Made by a program: the position numbers and the translations under genes
Notes under the pieces: generated by a model
Told to the model about the DNA's origin: nothing
The model's database searches: none
What the model saw: the letters and a program-made list of their open reading frames with translations, nothing else
Assembly (NCBI GenBank): GCA_041651095.1
Contig: JBAZJV010000005.1
Span: 1,160-65,159 of the forward strand
Source of the DNA: Patescibacteria group bacterium
GTDB lineage: Bacteria; Patescibacteriota; Patescibacteriia; Patescibacteriales; UBA12465
Direction of reading: 5' to 3'
Length of the DNA: 64,000 bases
Shown here: positions 55,326 through 64,000 of the stretch, piece after piece
How the letters are laid out: every line of letters starts with the position of its first letter
Numbering within the stretch: the first letter of the stretch is position 1

Positions 55326-55949
55326 ATGCTTAATCTGGACGTGGAAAAACAATACTTCGAACTCGGCTATCAGCTTATCGGCGGGGTGGACGAAGCCGGC
55401 CGCGGCCCCTTGGCCGGACCGGTCGTGGCCGCCTGCGTGGTCATCGGGCCGGATTTTAAAATAGACCATCCGGATCTGGAACTGGTCGCCGACTCTAAAA
55501 CCCTGAACCCCAAGAAACGAGAACGCTTATTCCGGATTATCCGCGAAAAAGCCAAGGCCGTGGAAATCGGCGTCGTTGATAACGCCACGATAGACAAGAT
55601 CAATATCCTGCAAGCCAGCTTCCTGGCCATGCGGCGGGCGATCCGGCAACTCAGCGTCAATCCGGACTACATCCTGCTCGACGGCGGCTTCAAGATCCCG
55701 AAACTGGACAAGCCGCAGACCGCTATTGTCAAAGGCGACAGCCTGGTCTGGGCCATTGCCGCCGCCTCGATAATCGCCAAGGTAAGCCGCGACTATCTGA
55801 TGGCGGAAATAGACAAGCAGTACCCGCAATACGAATTCGCCAAGCACAAAGGCTACGGCACCAAACTGCATTTCGCCAAAATAAAAGAGCTGGGCCCCTG
55901 CCCGCTCCACCGCCAGAGCTTCAGTCCGATCAAGGAATTAAAAAAATAA
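55326..55949 (+). CDS. rnhB: ribonuclease HII
   Basis: 207 aa. GVDEAGRGPLAGPVVAA, DSKTL, KGDS, AASIIAK. Confidence 0.95.
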   Translation: MLNLDVEKQYFELGYQLIGGVDEAGRGPLAGPVVAACVVIGPDFKIDHPDLELVADSKTLNPKKRERLFRIIREKAKAVEIGVVDNATIDKINILQASFLAMRRAIRQLSVNPDYILLDGGFKIPKLDKPQTAIVKGDSLVWAIAAASIIAKVSRDYLMAEIDKQYPQYEFAKHKGYGTKLHFAKIKELGPCPLHRQSFSPIKELKK

Positions 55950-55972
55950 GCGCCGCTGAGCGCTTATTTTTT
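55941..55972. terminator. bidirectional intrinsic terminator overlapping the rnhB stop
   Basis: ATAAGCGC-cgctga-GCGCTTAT, flanked by A6 and T6. Confidence 0.8.
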
Positions 55973-55989
55973 AACACCACTCTCGCTGA

Positions 55990-56283
55990 TCAACTTAATT
56001 TAATTTCCAGCCGGCCGCCCAAAGCGGCCACTACTTTATCCAAAAAAGTAATCGTAAAGTTCTGTTGTCCGCTTTCCAAACGGGCGATATTACTCTGTGT
56101 CGTACCGATCTTCTTAGCCAGGGATCTCTGGCTAATCTTTTTCTTTTTGCGCAGTTGTAAAAGGCTATAAGCCAACTCCAGTTGCCGGCCATATTCATCA
56201 AAAAGACGTTTGAATTCGGGATTTTTCAATTCTTGAGCCAGGATTGTATCAAGGTCATCGGCTTTGAATATTTTCTTCTTCAT
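55990..56283 (-). CDS. XRE-family HTH antitoxin (HigA-like)
   Basis: 97 aa. HTH KISQRSLAKKIGTTQSNIARLESGQQN. Lies downstream of, and overlaps, the toxin gene. Confidence 0.8.
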   Translation of the reverse strand: MKKKIFKADDLDTILAQELKNPEFKRLFDEYGRQLELAYSLLQLRKKKKISQRSLAKKIGTTQSNIARLESGQQNFTITFLDKVVAALGGRLEIKLS

Positions 56284-56650
56284 ATAATTCAGCGCAATTG
56301 TTAATTATTTCATAATAACGTCCTAAGGCCGTATTAATTTCTCGCGGCGGCGTTTTGTCTACTTTCTTCAAAAAAGCATGCAATATAACTATCGTCCGAC
56401 CAATGAAACAAAAATATAATAGGCGATGATGATGATTAGAAAAATCTACCCTAAGCTCTCTGATGCCGCTAACTATATGTCGGCTGTATGGTTCGTCTAA
56501 ATAACCGCCATGATCACGCAAATATTCAAGGTATTTATATATTTTAGTTCTTTGCCGGTATTCAAGATGGTGAATATAATCTCTAACCGGTCTATTACCG
56601 GTGCGACTATTACGATAAAACTTAATTCTATATTTTTCATTATATATCAT
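56255..56650 (-). CDS. RelE/ParE-superfamily toxin of the HigB/Gp49 (DUF891) type
   Basis: 131 aa. IKFYRN...GNRPVRDYI...GIRELRV...HRLLYFCFIGRTIVILHAF.KK pattern. Toxin-first gene order, with a 29-nt overlap with the antitoxin. Confidence 0.75.
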   Translation of the reverse strand: MIYNEKYRIKFYRNSRTGNRPVRDYIHHLEYRQRTKIYKYLEYLRDHGGYLDEPYSRHIVSGIRELRVDFSNHHHRLLYFCFIGRTIVILHAFLKKVDKTPPREINTALGRYYEIINNCAELYEEENIQSR

Positions 56651-56661
56651 ATATGATATAT
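56642..56661. promoter_or_regulatory. perfect 20-bp palindrome ATATATCATATATGATATAT over the toxin start codon (candidate operator)
   Basis: Self-complementary over all 20 positions. The toxin ATG (56650-56648) lies inside it. Confidence 0.5.
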
Positions 56662-56802
56662 GTCAATATAAACAAAAGTGGCGATTTTGCCGGCTGGCAT
56701 ATCCAATCTAACAAACCAGACCTTAAGAACAGCTTAAATATTTTTAAAGATCGGGTATCAAGGAAGCGGTCGCCGGAATAACTATCAAAAAAAGCCGCCA
56801 TA

Positions 56803-56829
56803 ATAAAAGACGGGCTTACGAGGCCCGCC
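56803..56829 (-). terminator. intrinsic terminator of the surface-protein gene
   Basis: Minus strand: GGCGGGC-ctcgtaa-GCCCGTC (one G-U) followed by TTTTATT. Confidence 0.6.
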
Positions 56830-56861
56830 TTTTATGTTCTATCAGTCAATTATTGACGATA

Positions 56862-58307
56862 CTATTTCACTGTCCCGACGCCGAGTTGGCGCAGGTTAGT
56901 ATTATTCACGCCGAGACCCAGCTTGCGCATTACGTTGAATGCGTCGGCCGGACGGCCCAGATAATACAGCTTCAAATCCGTCGGATTGACGTAGTAGGCC
57001 ATGCCCTTATCCTCCACTTTCAGGAGGATGCGGCCGGCGAGTCTCGCCGGAGCCTTGCCGTTCTTGAAGGTCGCGAAGGTCTTGTTGCTGACGCCGAGCG
57101 CCATCTTTCTCATCATGGCAAAGGCATCGGCCGGCGTACCTAAGTAATACTTCAAGCCATCGACCGGATTCATATACCAGGCTTCGCCATGGCTCTGGAC
57201 CTGCAGCAGGATGCGGCCGGCCAAGCGCTTGGCTAAGGCCTTGTTGACTTTAACTACCAGGGCTTTCTCCATGGTCACGAAATCGCCAGAACTCGGCGCG
57301 CTGGTGACCACGCTGCTCTCGTCAGTAGTAACGGTCACGCTGCAGACGCGGCGCAAAGCATCAGTTTGCTGTGCGGTCAAGGCACAACCAGCCGGCGTGC
57401 GGCTCACGGCTTCGCGGTATTGGTAACCGTTGAAGCAGGTCGCCGTGTAGTTGCCGTAGGTCACCTCGGTGCAGACCGGCGTACTGACTACTCCGCCGCC
57501 GCCGCCAGCCGTACTGGCCGAATTGCCGCTACCGGTATCGGTACCGGCCACGAAAGTGGACAGATGGGTGGTCGTAAACGAACAGATGCCGCCGGAAACC
57601 GTGCAGGTCGCACCGGAGTATGACCAGGCGCCGGAAGCATCCTTACGATACAGGGTCAGAGTTTGGCCGTTATAGCTGGCCCCCACATTCAAGGCGATGG
57701 TAATGGCCGGCGAAACGGTCAGATCCAGGCTCGGCAAGCCAAAGGACAAAGCCGAACCGGCAATCGTCACGTTATTCAGGCCGGTGGTCGACGCGCCGTT
57801 AGCCGCGGCTAACTGCGAAAAGTTGGCCGCCGAACCGGAGGTAAACGTCGTGCCGCTCGGGATAGTAACAGTCACGCCGCTCGCGACGGTCATGGTCACC
57901 TTATCGGTGAAGGTCACCTGGGTGGTGTTGGCGATGTTCGCGCCGTTAGGCACCATCACGCCGCTCTGGACCAGGCTGGCCATGCTAGCCGGAGTAACTT
58001 CGTAACCGTTGGTGGCGTCATAGGTCACGCCGGAAGCGATATAACCATAACCATAGCCGTAATCATAGACGGTCGGGTTAGCGTTACCGGTCGTGCGATA
58101 ACCGGCATAAGTGCCGCCATCAAAACCGCCGCCGTAGCCGTAGCCATAGCCGTAGCCATAACCCCAGCCGGTCGAGCCGGTCTGCCGGGCGAATTGCGCG
58201 TAGATGTTCGGACCGAAGACGAAAGCGAAAGCGGCTACCGCCAAGAAACTAAAAATAGCGGCTGCCATCTTCTTCTCGGAAAACAGGAAAGCTTTGATTG
58301 TCTTCAT
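56862..58307 (-). CDS. secreted surface protein with Gly-Tyr repeat region and two C-terminal ~60-aa repeats
   Basis: 481 aa. Signal/anchor (MAAAIFSFLAVAAFAFVF), GWGYGYGYGYGYGGG and YDYGYGYGY. C-terminal duplicates LAGRILLQVQSHGEAWYMNPVDGLKYYLGTPADAFAMMRKMALGV and LAGRILLKVEDKGMAYYVNPTDLKLYYLGRPADAFNVMRKLGLGV. Confidence 0.75.
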   Translation of the reverse strand: MKTIKAFLFSEKKMAAAIFSFLAVAAFAFVFGPNIYAQFARQTGSTGWGYGYGYGYGYGGGFDGGTYAGYRTTGNANPTVYDYGYGYGYIASGVTYDATNGYEVTPASMASLVQSGVMVPNGANIANTTQVTFTDKVTMTVASGVTVTIPSGTTFTSGSAANFSQLAAANGASTTGLNNVTIAGSALSFGLPSLDLTVSPAITIALNVGASYNGQTLTLYRKDASGAWSYSGATCTVSGGICSFTTTHLSTFVAGTDTGSGNSASTAGGGGGVVSTPVCTEVTYGNYTATCFNGYQYREAVSRTPAGCALTAQQTDALRRVCSVTVTTDESSVVTSAPSSGDFVTMEKALVVKVNKALAKRLAGRILLQVQSHGEAWYMNPVDGLKYYLGTPADAFAMMRKMALGVSNKTFATFKNGKAPARLAGRILLKVEDKGMAYYVNPTDLKLYYLGRPADAFNVMRKLGLGVNNTNLRQLGVGTVK

Positions 58308-58497
58308 TGTTTTGAAAATAAAATAATTACAAAATTACGTAGTTTTTATAATCATTTTAATTTTTATTTATTTTTAATTCGACCTTTATGTACTAATTAT
58401 ACAATATTTGCTTGCCAGCAACAATCAATTTATGGTCAAGTTATCCACAGATTAAAAAAGCAAATTTTGTAAAGACTATTGATTGAATTTTCTGAGG

Positions 58498-59157
58498 TCA
58501 GACCTCTTTTTCCGAGGCGCTTGTTTTATTTTCTTTTTTTTCCTTGGCCAGTTCCCTGACCTGGGTCAAGACCGTTATAACAAGGAAATAGTAGGCGTAA
58601 ATCGCCATAGCTTCGGCCCAAGTATCCTGCTTTAAAAACAGTAGCACCGGACAAGCGGCCAGAAAGACGAGAGCGATGCCGGCGGCATAGCGACTGTCCA
58701 ATATGGAAATTATCGATACCAAAGCATAAACCAGAACCAGAAAATCTACGACACCGATGTCTTTGAATAAGGCAAAGGCCAGAACGACCGTAACAATAAG
58801 CAGGCGCCGCCAATAGCGGCGGACCAGACGGGATAAGCGGGGCCGGACAATATTAAGGAATAGGAGCAGCCGGCTGACGATAAGTCCGGCTGCCTGCCGC
58901 CAGCCGTATCTGACTGACAGGCTGGGCACGAAAGAAAGCAGGAAAAGCAGAGTGAAGAATATAACGGAGCCGTGGAAAGCCGGCCAATAGAAAAAAGTGC
59001 GCCAAGTCCGAGAAAAAATAGCGACGCCGAGCGACAGCAGGTAGAAGCCGAGATAATAAGGATAAAAGCTCTCGACTTTCCCCCTTAACTCCGTCCAGAA
59101 AGTTTTTAAATCAAATTTGTTCGGCATATATTTTTCGTTTAGCAGAGCGATATTCAA
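58498..59157 (-). CDS. hypothetical polytopic membrane protein
   Basis: 219 aa, about 5 TM helices, Lys/Glu-rich tail. The start is uncertain (an alternative ATG at 59127). It overlaps the 3' end of the flippase gene. Confidence 0.55.
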   Translation of the reverse strand: MNIALLNEKYMPNKFDLKTFWTELRGKVESFYPYYLGFYLLSLGVAIFSRTWRTFFYWPAFHGSVIFFTLLFLLSFVPSLSVRYGWRQAAGLIVSRLLLFLNIVRPRLSRLVRRYWRRLLIVTVVLAFALFKDIGVVDFLVLVYALVSIISILDSRYAAGIALVFLAACPVLLFLKQDTWAEAMAIYAYYFLVITVLTQVRELAKEKKENKTSASEKEV

Positions 59158-60400
59158 ATAAGAGCAGAAGCAGCAAGGCTAGATCGATCGCGGCAAAAAT
59201 CCATAATAAGGAATAAATGACCGACCAGAAGCTGGTATGGAACAAGCCGAGCATTACTATCTCCAACCCAGCACCAAGGCTTAAGAGCAACAAGCCGCCG
59301 CGGCGCGACAAGGCCAGGAAATATTGGGACAGCACGGTCATCAGGGTCAGCAACAGGATAACGATGCTAAACAAAGGCAGATACGGCGCTAAGATCAGGT
59401 ATTTGGCGCCGACCACGAAATTAATGGTTAAGTGCGGAAACAGGGAGATAAACAAGGTTGCCGGCAAAATCACCAGAGACATCAGGCCGAGCGATTTAAG
59501 CAAAACGCCATACTTGCGCAAGCTCCGGTCTTCCGCCAGGCCAGCCAAAACCGGAAACATCACCAGCGGCACCGTGCCGCCGATAAAATAAATAATGCGG
59601 CCAATGGTGAGCATAGCGCCGTAAAGGCCGGCCTCCTCCGGGCTGAAAAACGACTTGACGAAGAGCATATCGAAATTATAGAAGAATTGATATAAAGCGG
59701 TAAACCATAAGACCAGAGCGGCGTAAGGCCAGAGGGCGCGCAAGGAAACTTTCAAGTCGGGAGAAACCGGTTGATCAGCCTTAACTTTAACTAATGGCAG
59801 ACTAACTAAGAGCGCCAGCACACTGGTCAAGCCGAGCGCCCAGGCTGCGCCGTAAAGTCCTAGGGGCCAAAGCACGACCAGAGCAACGACGAGTAGGAGC
59901 CGGCAGACTGGCTCGGAAAGATTGACCATAGCCAAGGCAGGAAACCGCTGCAAGCCGTTAATGGTCGCCCGGTTGGCGGCCAGGGGAAAGATATAGAGGA
60001 GGAATAGAGAGGCGATAAGCAGAACAGAAGGTTCGCCGATCTTAAGCAACCGGTTCAAGGGAGACAGGAAGGCGGAGAGGAAGACGAAGGCCGTCAGGCC
60101 AAAAATCGCCAGGCACCAAAAAGCGCGGCGGCGCAAGACCGGCACAGCCGCCGGCTGGCGGGCGGAAAGGACGGAGACTTCCCTAGTCATAGTAGTAATG
60201 ATAACGGCGGTTATAATACTAAGAATGGTCAGGAAAGACTGAAGCGCCTGAAAATCGCCGTAAGCGGCGACCGACAAGTGACGGGTCAGGATTGGATGGA
60301 CCAGATAGTTTAAAACCGAACCAAGGAGATTGGCTAACGTAAGGATGAAGGTGCCGAAAACGAATTTGTCGGCCAATAGTTGTCTAAGATTTAATTTCAT
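59111..60400 (-). CDS. polysaccharide/oligosaccharide flippase (Wzx-like, MOP superfamily)
   Basis: 429 aa, about 12 TM helices. The N-terminal pattern FGTFILTLANLLGSVLNYLVHPILTRHL...YGDFQAL is typical of this family. Confidence 0.7.
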   Translation of the reverse strand: MKLNLRQLLADKFVFGTFILTLANLLGSVLNYLVHPILTRHLSVAAYGDFQALQSFLTILSIITAVIITTMTREVSVLSARQPAAVPVLRRRAFWCLAIFGLTAFVFLSAFLSPLNRLLKIGEPSVLLIASLFLLYIFPLAANRATINGLQRFPALAMVNLSEPVCRLLLVVALVVLWPLGLYGAAWALGLTSVLALLVSLPLVKVKADQPVSPDLKVSLRALWPYAALVLWFTALYQFFYNFDMLFVKSFFSPEEAGLYGAMLTIGRIIYFIGGTVPLVMFPVLAGLAEDRSLRKYGVLLKSLGLMSLVILPATLFISLFPHLTINFVVGAKYLILAPYLPLFSIVILLLTLMTVLSQYFLALSRRGGLLLLSLGAGLEIVMLGLFHTSFWSVIYSLLWIFAAIDLALLLLLLFEYRSAKRKIYAEQI

Positions 60401-62069
60401 AAACTAATAAAGTATTGGTTTCTAGAAGGGGCTTCACATAAGACCGCTGGTTCAGCCACAGATAACCGATAAAATCTAGCTCCTTGGCTAGGATGATATA
60501 GCGGACGGGCGAATTTAGAACGGGCGGACCGTTTTTCCCCCGCTCCGCCAGCCAGGCAGCCACGGCCGCGCCGTCTGGACTCTGGCTATTGTCATAGATA
60601 CCGCCCCACTCCATATTAGTGCCGCTTAATACCGGACAAGTGAAAAAAACCGGCGCCGGGTTAGCAATTATCTTGCCCACCCAATTAAAACTCATATACA
60701 AATGCCAAGGCAGGAACAGAATCCGATCAGAACAGTCATCGGACTGGGCGGAGCGATTGACCAGAAACTTATCGACCTGATACCAATCGTCCGGATATAG
60801 CGTAGGCACGACCTGGCGATTGAAGCCCCAGAGCAAAGAGGGCGTCTGCATGACAATAACCGCGCCCAAGATAAAGCCGGCGACCATCCGGTTGGCGGCG
60901 ATGATCTTGAACTGCCTGAGCCTGGCCGCACCGATAGTCAGATAATAAAGATAAATCGGGATAATGACCGCCACCCATTTCTGCGGTTCGCGCAGGCCTT
61001 TATAGAACGGCAGATGATCGTATAGGAATAGGCTGAAGCCGCGCGTCGCTGGCGTCTTGATGCCGAGAGCGAGGACAACGGCCAAGGCAAAGACAAACAA
61101 TAAGCCGGCGCTGAACATTTTCTCTGGTCTTGAACGTTTCCAGAAACTCAAATAAATGCCGTAGATAATTATCGGCGCTAGGAATAAGAAGCTGCGCTGC
61201 CAGCCGGCGACATCCGTCAAGTCAGCATAACGGAACTGGTCTTTGCCCCAGAAGCCGGACATCATAAGCACATTTGACAGAGCGCCCCAGCTAGTTTTGC
61301 CGGCCGTCTGGAAAACTATGAGGTCGTGGTTGGTGATTCCCTGCCCGACGAAAGCTGCCAAAGAAGAATGTCTGATAGCCAGAGCAATCAGCCAATTAGC
61401 GTTTAGAACTAGGACGATAGCGACAGATAAGAGCAATGAAACCAATAATTTCTGGCCGCCATTTTTCGCCTTGATCTCGCCACGCCTTGAATAAAGATTA
61501 ATGAAAAATAGGATATAAAAAGGCAAGAGCAGAAAGACAAAATGGGCGGAAAACATGATGGCTAAAGCGCTAAAGATGGCTGATTGCCAGATATATTTAA
61601 AATCCAAATTCGGCCCAACAGCGAGCAATTTAGCCAGTGCGAATAGCAGAAATCCATAAGATAATAAGACGCCGAACTGACCGTATAGGGCACGGTCGTA
61701 GACAAAAGGGTTGAATAAGAAGAATAAAGAAAAAACAAAACTTAAACAAGCGGACATCACGTCATCTTTGAAGGCAGATAATTGCAATATGGTGTAAACT
61801 AAAGCCCGGCCAGCAACGAGCAGTAGTAAAAAAACAGCGCCGATAAACATTTTCTCCAAAAATGCCAACGGAATAATGGAAGCCAGCCCTCTGACAAGCA
61901 GATTAAACAAAAACCAGGGAGCGTACCAATTAAGTGTAATATTCGGCCCCCATACCATATCGGTCATAAAAAGATAACCGGATTTTAAGAACCAGGGACA
62001 AGCTATGAAGATTATCATCAGAATATACGACCAATATTTATAAAAAAAATTTTTAATTATTTTTTTCAT
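60384..62069 (-). CDS. large polytopic membrane protein, possible GT-C-type glycosyltransferase
   Basis: 561 aa. Many TM helices followed by a soluble C-terminal domain. Its start directly abuts the stop of the upstream AT-rich gene. Confidence 0.5.
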   Translation of the reverse strand: MKKIIKNFFYKYWSYILMIIFIACPWFLKSGYLFMTDMVWGPNITLNWYAPWFLFNLLVRGLASIIPLAFLEKMFIGAVFLLLLVAGRALVYTILQLSAFKDDVMSACLSFVFSLFFLFNPFVYDRALYGQFGVLLSYGFLLFALAKLLAVGPNLDFKYIWQSAIFSALAIMFSAHFVFLLLPFYILFFINLYSRRGEIKAKNGGQKLLVSLLLSVAIVLVLNANWLIALAIRHSSLAAFVGQGITNHDLIVFQTAGKTSWGALSNVLMMSGFWGKDQFRYADLTDVAGWQRSFLFLAPIIIYGIYLSFWKRSRPEKMFSAGLLFVFALAVVLALGIKTPATRGFSLFLYDHLPFYKGLREPQKWVAVIIPIYLYYLTIGAARLRQFKIIAANRMVAGFILGAVIVMQTPSLLWGFNRQVVPTLYPDDWYQVDKFLVNRSAQSDDCSDRILFLPWHLYMSFNWVGKIIANPAPVFFTCPVLSGTNMEWGGIYDNSQSPDGAAVAAWLAERGKNGPPVLNSPVRYIILAKELDFIGYLWLNQRSYVKPLLETNTLLVYEIKS

Positions 62070-63989
62070 TTATAGCTTGCTGTTATTTCTAGTAAAATTT
62101 TTTAAAATATCTATCGATATCTTAAAAATAAATAATAAATATACAAAACCAATTATAGCTGATAGATATATCGCATTATCGTTATTATAATCATATAAAG
62201 AATGTGAATTAATATTAGTGATATACAATTCTAAATCATCTTCATTAATTATCCCCGTATAATCATCTGTAATGATCATATTATTAATTTGCGAAATACA
62301 ATTTATATCTATATCAAAACCCTGGTATAAATTATTATCAACGTAATCAAATATCTTTGAGCGATAGCCGCCTAAACGGCATTGATTAAATTTGGCGCCG
62401 ACTAAATATGATTTAATTATATTCCCTCTGTCCAAATTTTTAATTATCAAAAATACTCTGAAATTATTTTTGTTAATATTTTTATTGTCAGTTATTTCCG
62501 GAATCAATGAAGATTTATAAATATTATCGTTTCGAAAAAATAGAGTACCATCATGGATCTTATCTATCTTATAGGTAGCAAATATTATTCCCCTATGAAA
62601 CACCCCCCTAGAAAAAGCGATGCTATTATTATCTAATCCATATAAAATAAATGAATAAATTACCTGGGTATAAATTATAAAAATAAAAATCCAAAGCAGT
62701 GCAACAAATTTAAAATACGCAGTAACGTTAATTATATTTTTTGTTTTTTTATCGAAAAAAATTAAAATAATTGCTGAACTTAAAATAAAAAGAACTATAA
62801 ATTCCCCAGTTACATATTTAGAAGTAATCGAAGCATCGTTCAAGGCTAAAGGGGTAAAATGATTAAAAATATCCAAAAAAAAGGTACGGGCCCCCAATTC
62901 ATTTTTCAATGAATAAATAGAGCCAACCACTGTTAGAGATATAAATGACCACAGTAAATTTTCATTATCTATAATTAAAAGTATTAATAAAGGCACTAAC
63001 CAAGATAAATAATGGATTTGGAAATTACCAATTAAGACCAAAAAATAAAACAGAAAAAGCAGCACATCTTTAATAAAAGTCAAAATATTGTAATCTTTCT
63101 TTTTATAAAAAATTAAAATAAATCTATAACAAAAATGAAAAAATAATATTATTAAAATTAAAAAAATGCCACGATTACTTATATTAAACAATAGAGCATT
63201 CTTTAAATTACTAATCGGCGCCAGGCCCAAAATATTGTTAATAGATGAAAAAAGATTTAACGGCGGCATTTTTTTCTCCAAAATCATAATTGGAGTATTT
63301 GCTCGAGAAAGTGAAATTATAGAATTAAAATTCTTACTAACCAAAGAGAAATCAAAGAAAAAATGTATATAAGAAAACAGTAAAAAGGCAAGAAAAACTA
63401 ACAAAGCCTTTCTACCGATCTTAATTTCTTTGTTAGCATAAAAATAAAATACTAAAAAGGGGAAAATTAGAAGAATAAAATATTTAGTTGTAAAAGCAAG
63501 GCCCAGTGATAATCCTATTAGCCAATAATTCTTTTTTAATAATCCTAAAATCAAAATAATAATTGAAAATGGAATTAATATCTCATAATGACCATGAATA
63601 CCGTAAACATAATAAATTAATGGGTTCAAAAACCACATTAAAAATCCCAACCTAGCTTTATCATCATCATTATATAAAAAATTAACTATCTTATAAATCA
63701 AAAACCCGCTGATAAGGTCCACTAGTAGAAATGGAATTTTAAAAACAAAATGTAAGAGGAGCAGCTGATCCGGAGGGATAGAAAACATTTTTAGAATAAC
63801 TAAGTACAAGGAATATAGAGGGTGCCATAATAAAATCAATAAATTACCTTTATTCCAAGATCCAAATATGCTTAAATTATAGATGGTATTCTGTTGGAAT
63901 GTATTAGCAAAGGTCCAGAAATCGTAAGGATGTGCGCTCCAAAAAATAAAAATTAGTTTTACCAAAAAAGTAAAAATTGTAATCTTCAA
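62070..63989 (-). CDS. extremely AT-rich polytopic membrane protein, GT-C-like (DUF2029/GT87-like loop FKIPFLLVDLISGFLIYK); 5' end may lie outside the window
   Basis: 639 aa from a TTG at 63989. The frame stays open to the window edge. Ile/Phe/Leu/Asn/Lys-rich. The TM-rich N-terminal half with TTKYFILLIFPFL resembles GT-C enzymes. Confidence 0.55.
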   Translation of the reverse strand: MKITIFTFLVKLIFIFWSAHPYDFWTFANTFQQNTIYNLSIFGSWNKGNLLILLWHPLYSLYLVILKMFSIPPDQLLLLHFVFKIPFLLVDLISGFLIYKIVNFLYNDDDKARLGFLMWFLNPLIYYVYGIHGHYEILIPFSIIILILGLLKKNYWLIGLSLGLAFTTKYFILLIFPFLVFYFYANKEIKIGRKALLVFLAFLLFSYIHFFFDFSLVSKNFNSIISLSRANTPIMILEKKMPPLNLFSSINNILGLAPISNLKNALLFNISNRGIFLILIILFFHFCYRFILIFYKKKDYNILTFIKDVLLFLFYFLVLIGNFQIHYLSWLVPLLILLIIDNENLLWSFISLTVVGSIYSLKNELGARTFFLDIFNHFTPLALNDASITSKYVTGEFIVLFILSSAIILIFFDKKTKNIINVTAYFKFVALLWIFIFIIYTQVIYSFILYGLDNNSIAFSRGVFHRGIIFATYKIDKIHDGTLFFRNDNIYKSSLIPEITDNKNINKNNFRVFLIIKNLDRGNIIKSYLVGAKFNQCRLGGYRSKIFDYVDNNLYQGFDIDINCISQINNMIITDDYTGIINEDDLELYITNINSHSLYDYNNDNAIYLSAIIGFVYLLFIFKISIDILKNFTRNNSKL

Positions 63990-64000
63990 AAAATTTTTTT

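Overview
This is a gene-dense 64-kb bacterial fragment. It holds about 60 protein genes (roughly 50 on the minus strand) and two tRNAs (Val-CAC, Leu-CAG). Reading the sequence, I saw no rRNA, CRISPR array, transposase, integrase or reverse transcriptase.

The backbone is GC-rich, especially at codon position 3, which also produces many long antisense shadow ORFs in the supplied track. It carries these housekeeping blocks:
- a compact dcw cluster (mraZ, rsmH, ftsL-like, ftsI-like PBP, murF)
- eno-pyk, rlmN, tgt, cysS, dus, tsaB, rnhB and lexA
- a two-component pair
- a large envelope/glycan region (surface proteins, DUF4012-like protein, GT4, GT2, RmlA-like, RmlD, flippase, GT-C-like membrane proteins)

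Several features suggest a reduced CPR/Patescibacteria-like genome: a short TsaB, a pyruvate kinase without the C-terminal domain, a sigma-region-4 plus HARE-HTH protein, DUF4012, an orphan trpB and sparse biosynthesis. This is inference only.

Interspersed are visibly AT-richer, probably acquired genes:
- a type II R-M pair at the left edge
- a Fic protein
- a pyrF/pyrE-like pair
- a HigB/HigA-like module
- two Cys-rich paralogues between the tRNAs
- two degenerate phosphatase-fold paralogues
- an extremely AT-rich GT-C-like gene at the right edge

My top finding, read directly from the sequence, is a classical ribosome-coupled tryptophan attenuator in front of the stand-alone trpB. It has an almost leaderless 19-codon leader ORF with tandem Trp codons, mutually exclusive 1:2, 2:3 and 3:4 helices, and a U-run.

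Other points worth a second look:
- a Tgt homologue lacking all four zinc ligands
- an MraZ-type operator array on a consensus promoter
- a probable ATA-initiated or re-initiated dus
- an acyl-ACP-reductase-like dehydrogenase
- a divergent xylose-isomerase-like protein

All family assignments come from motifs recognised by eye. No database search was run.
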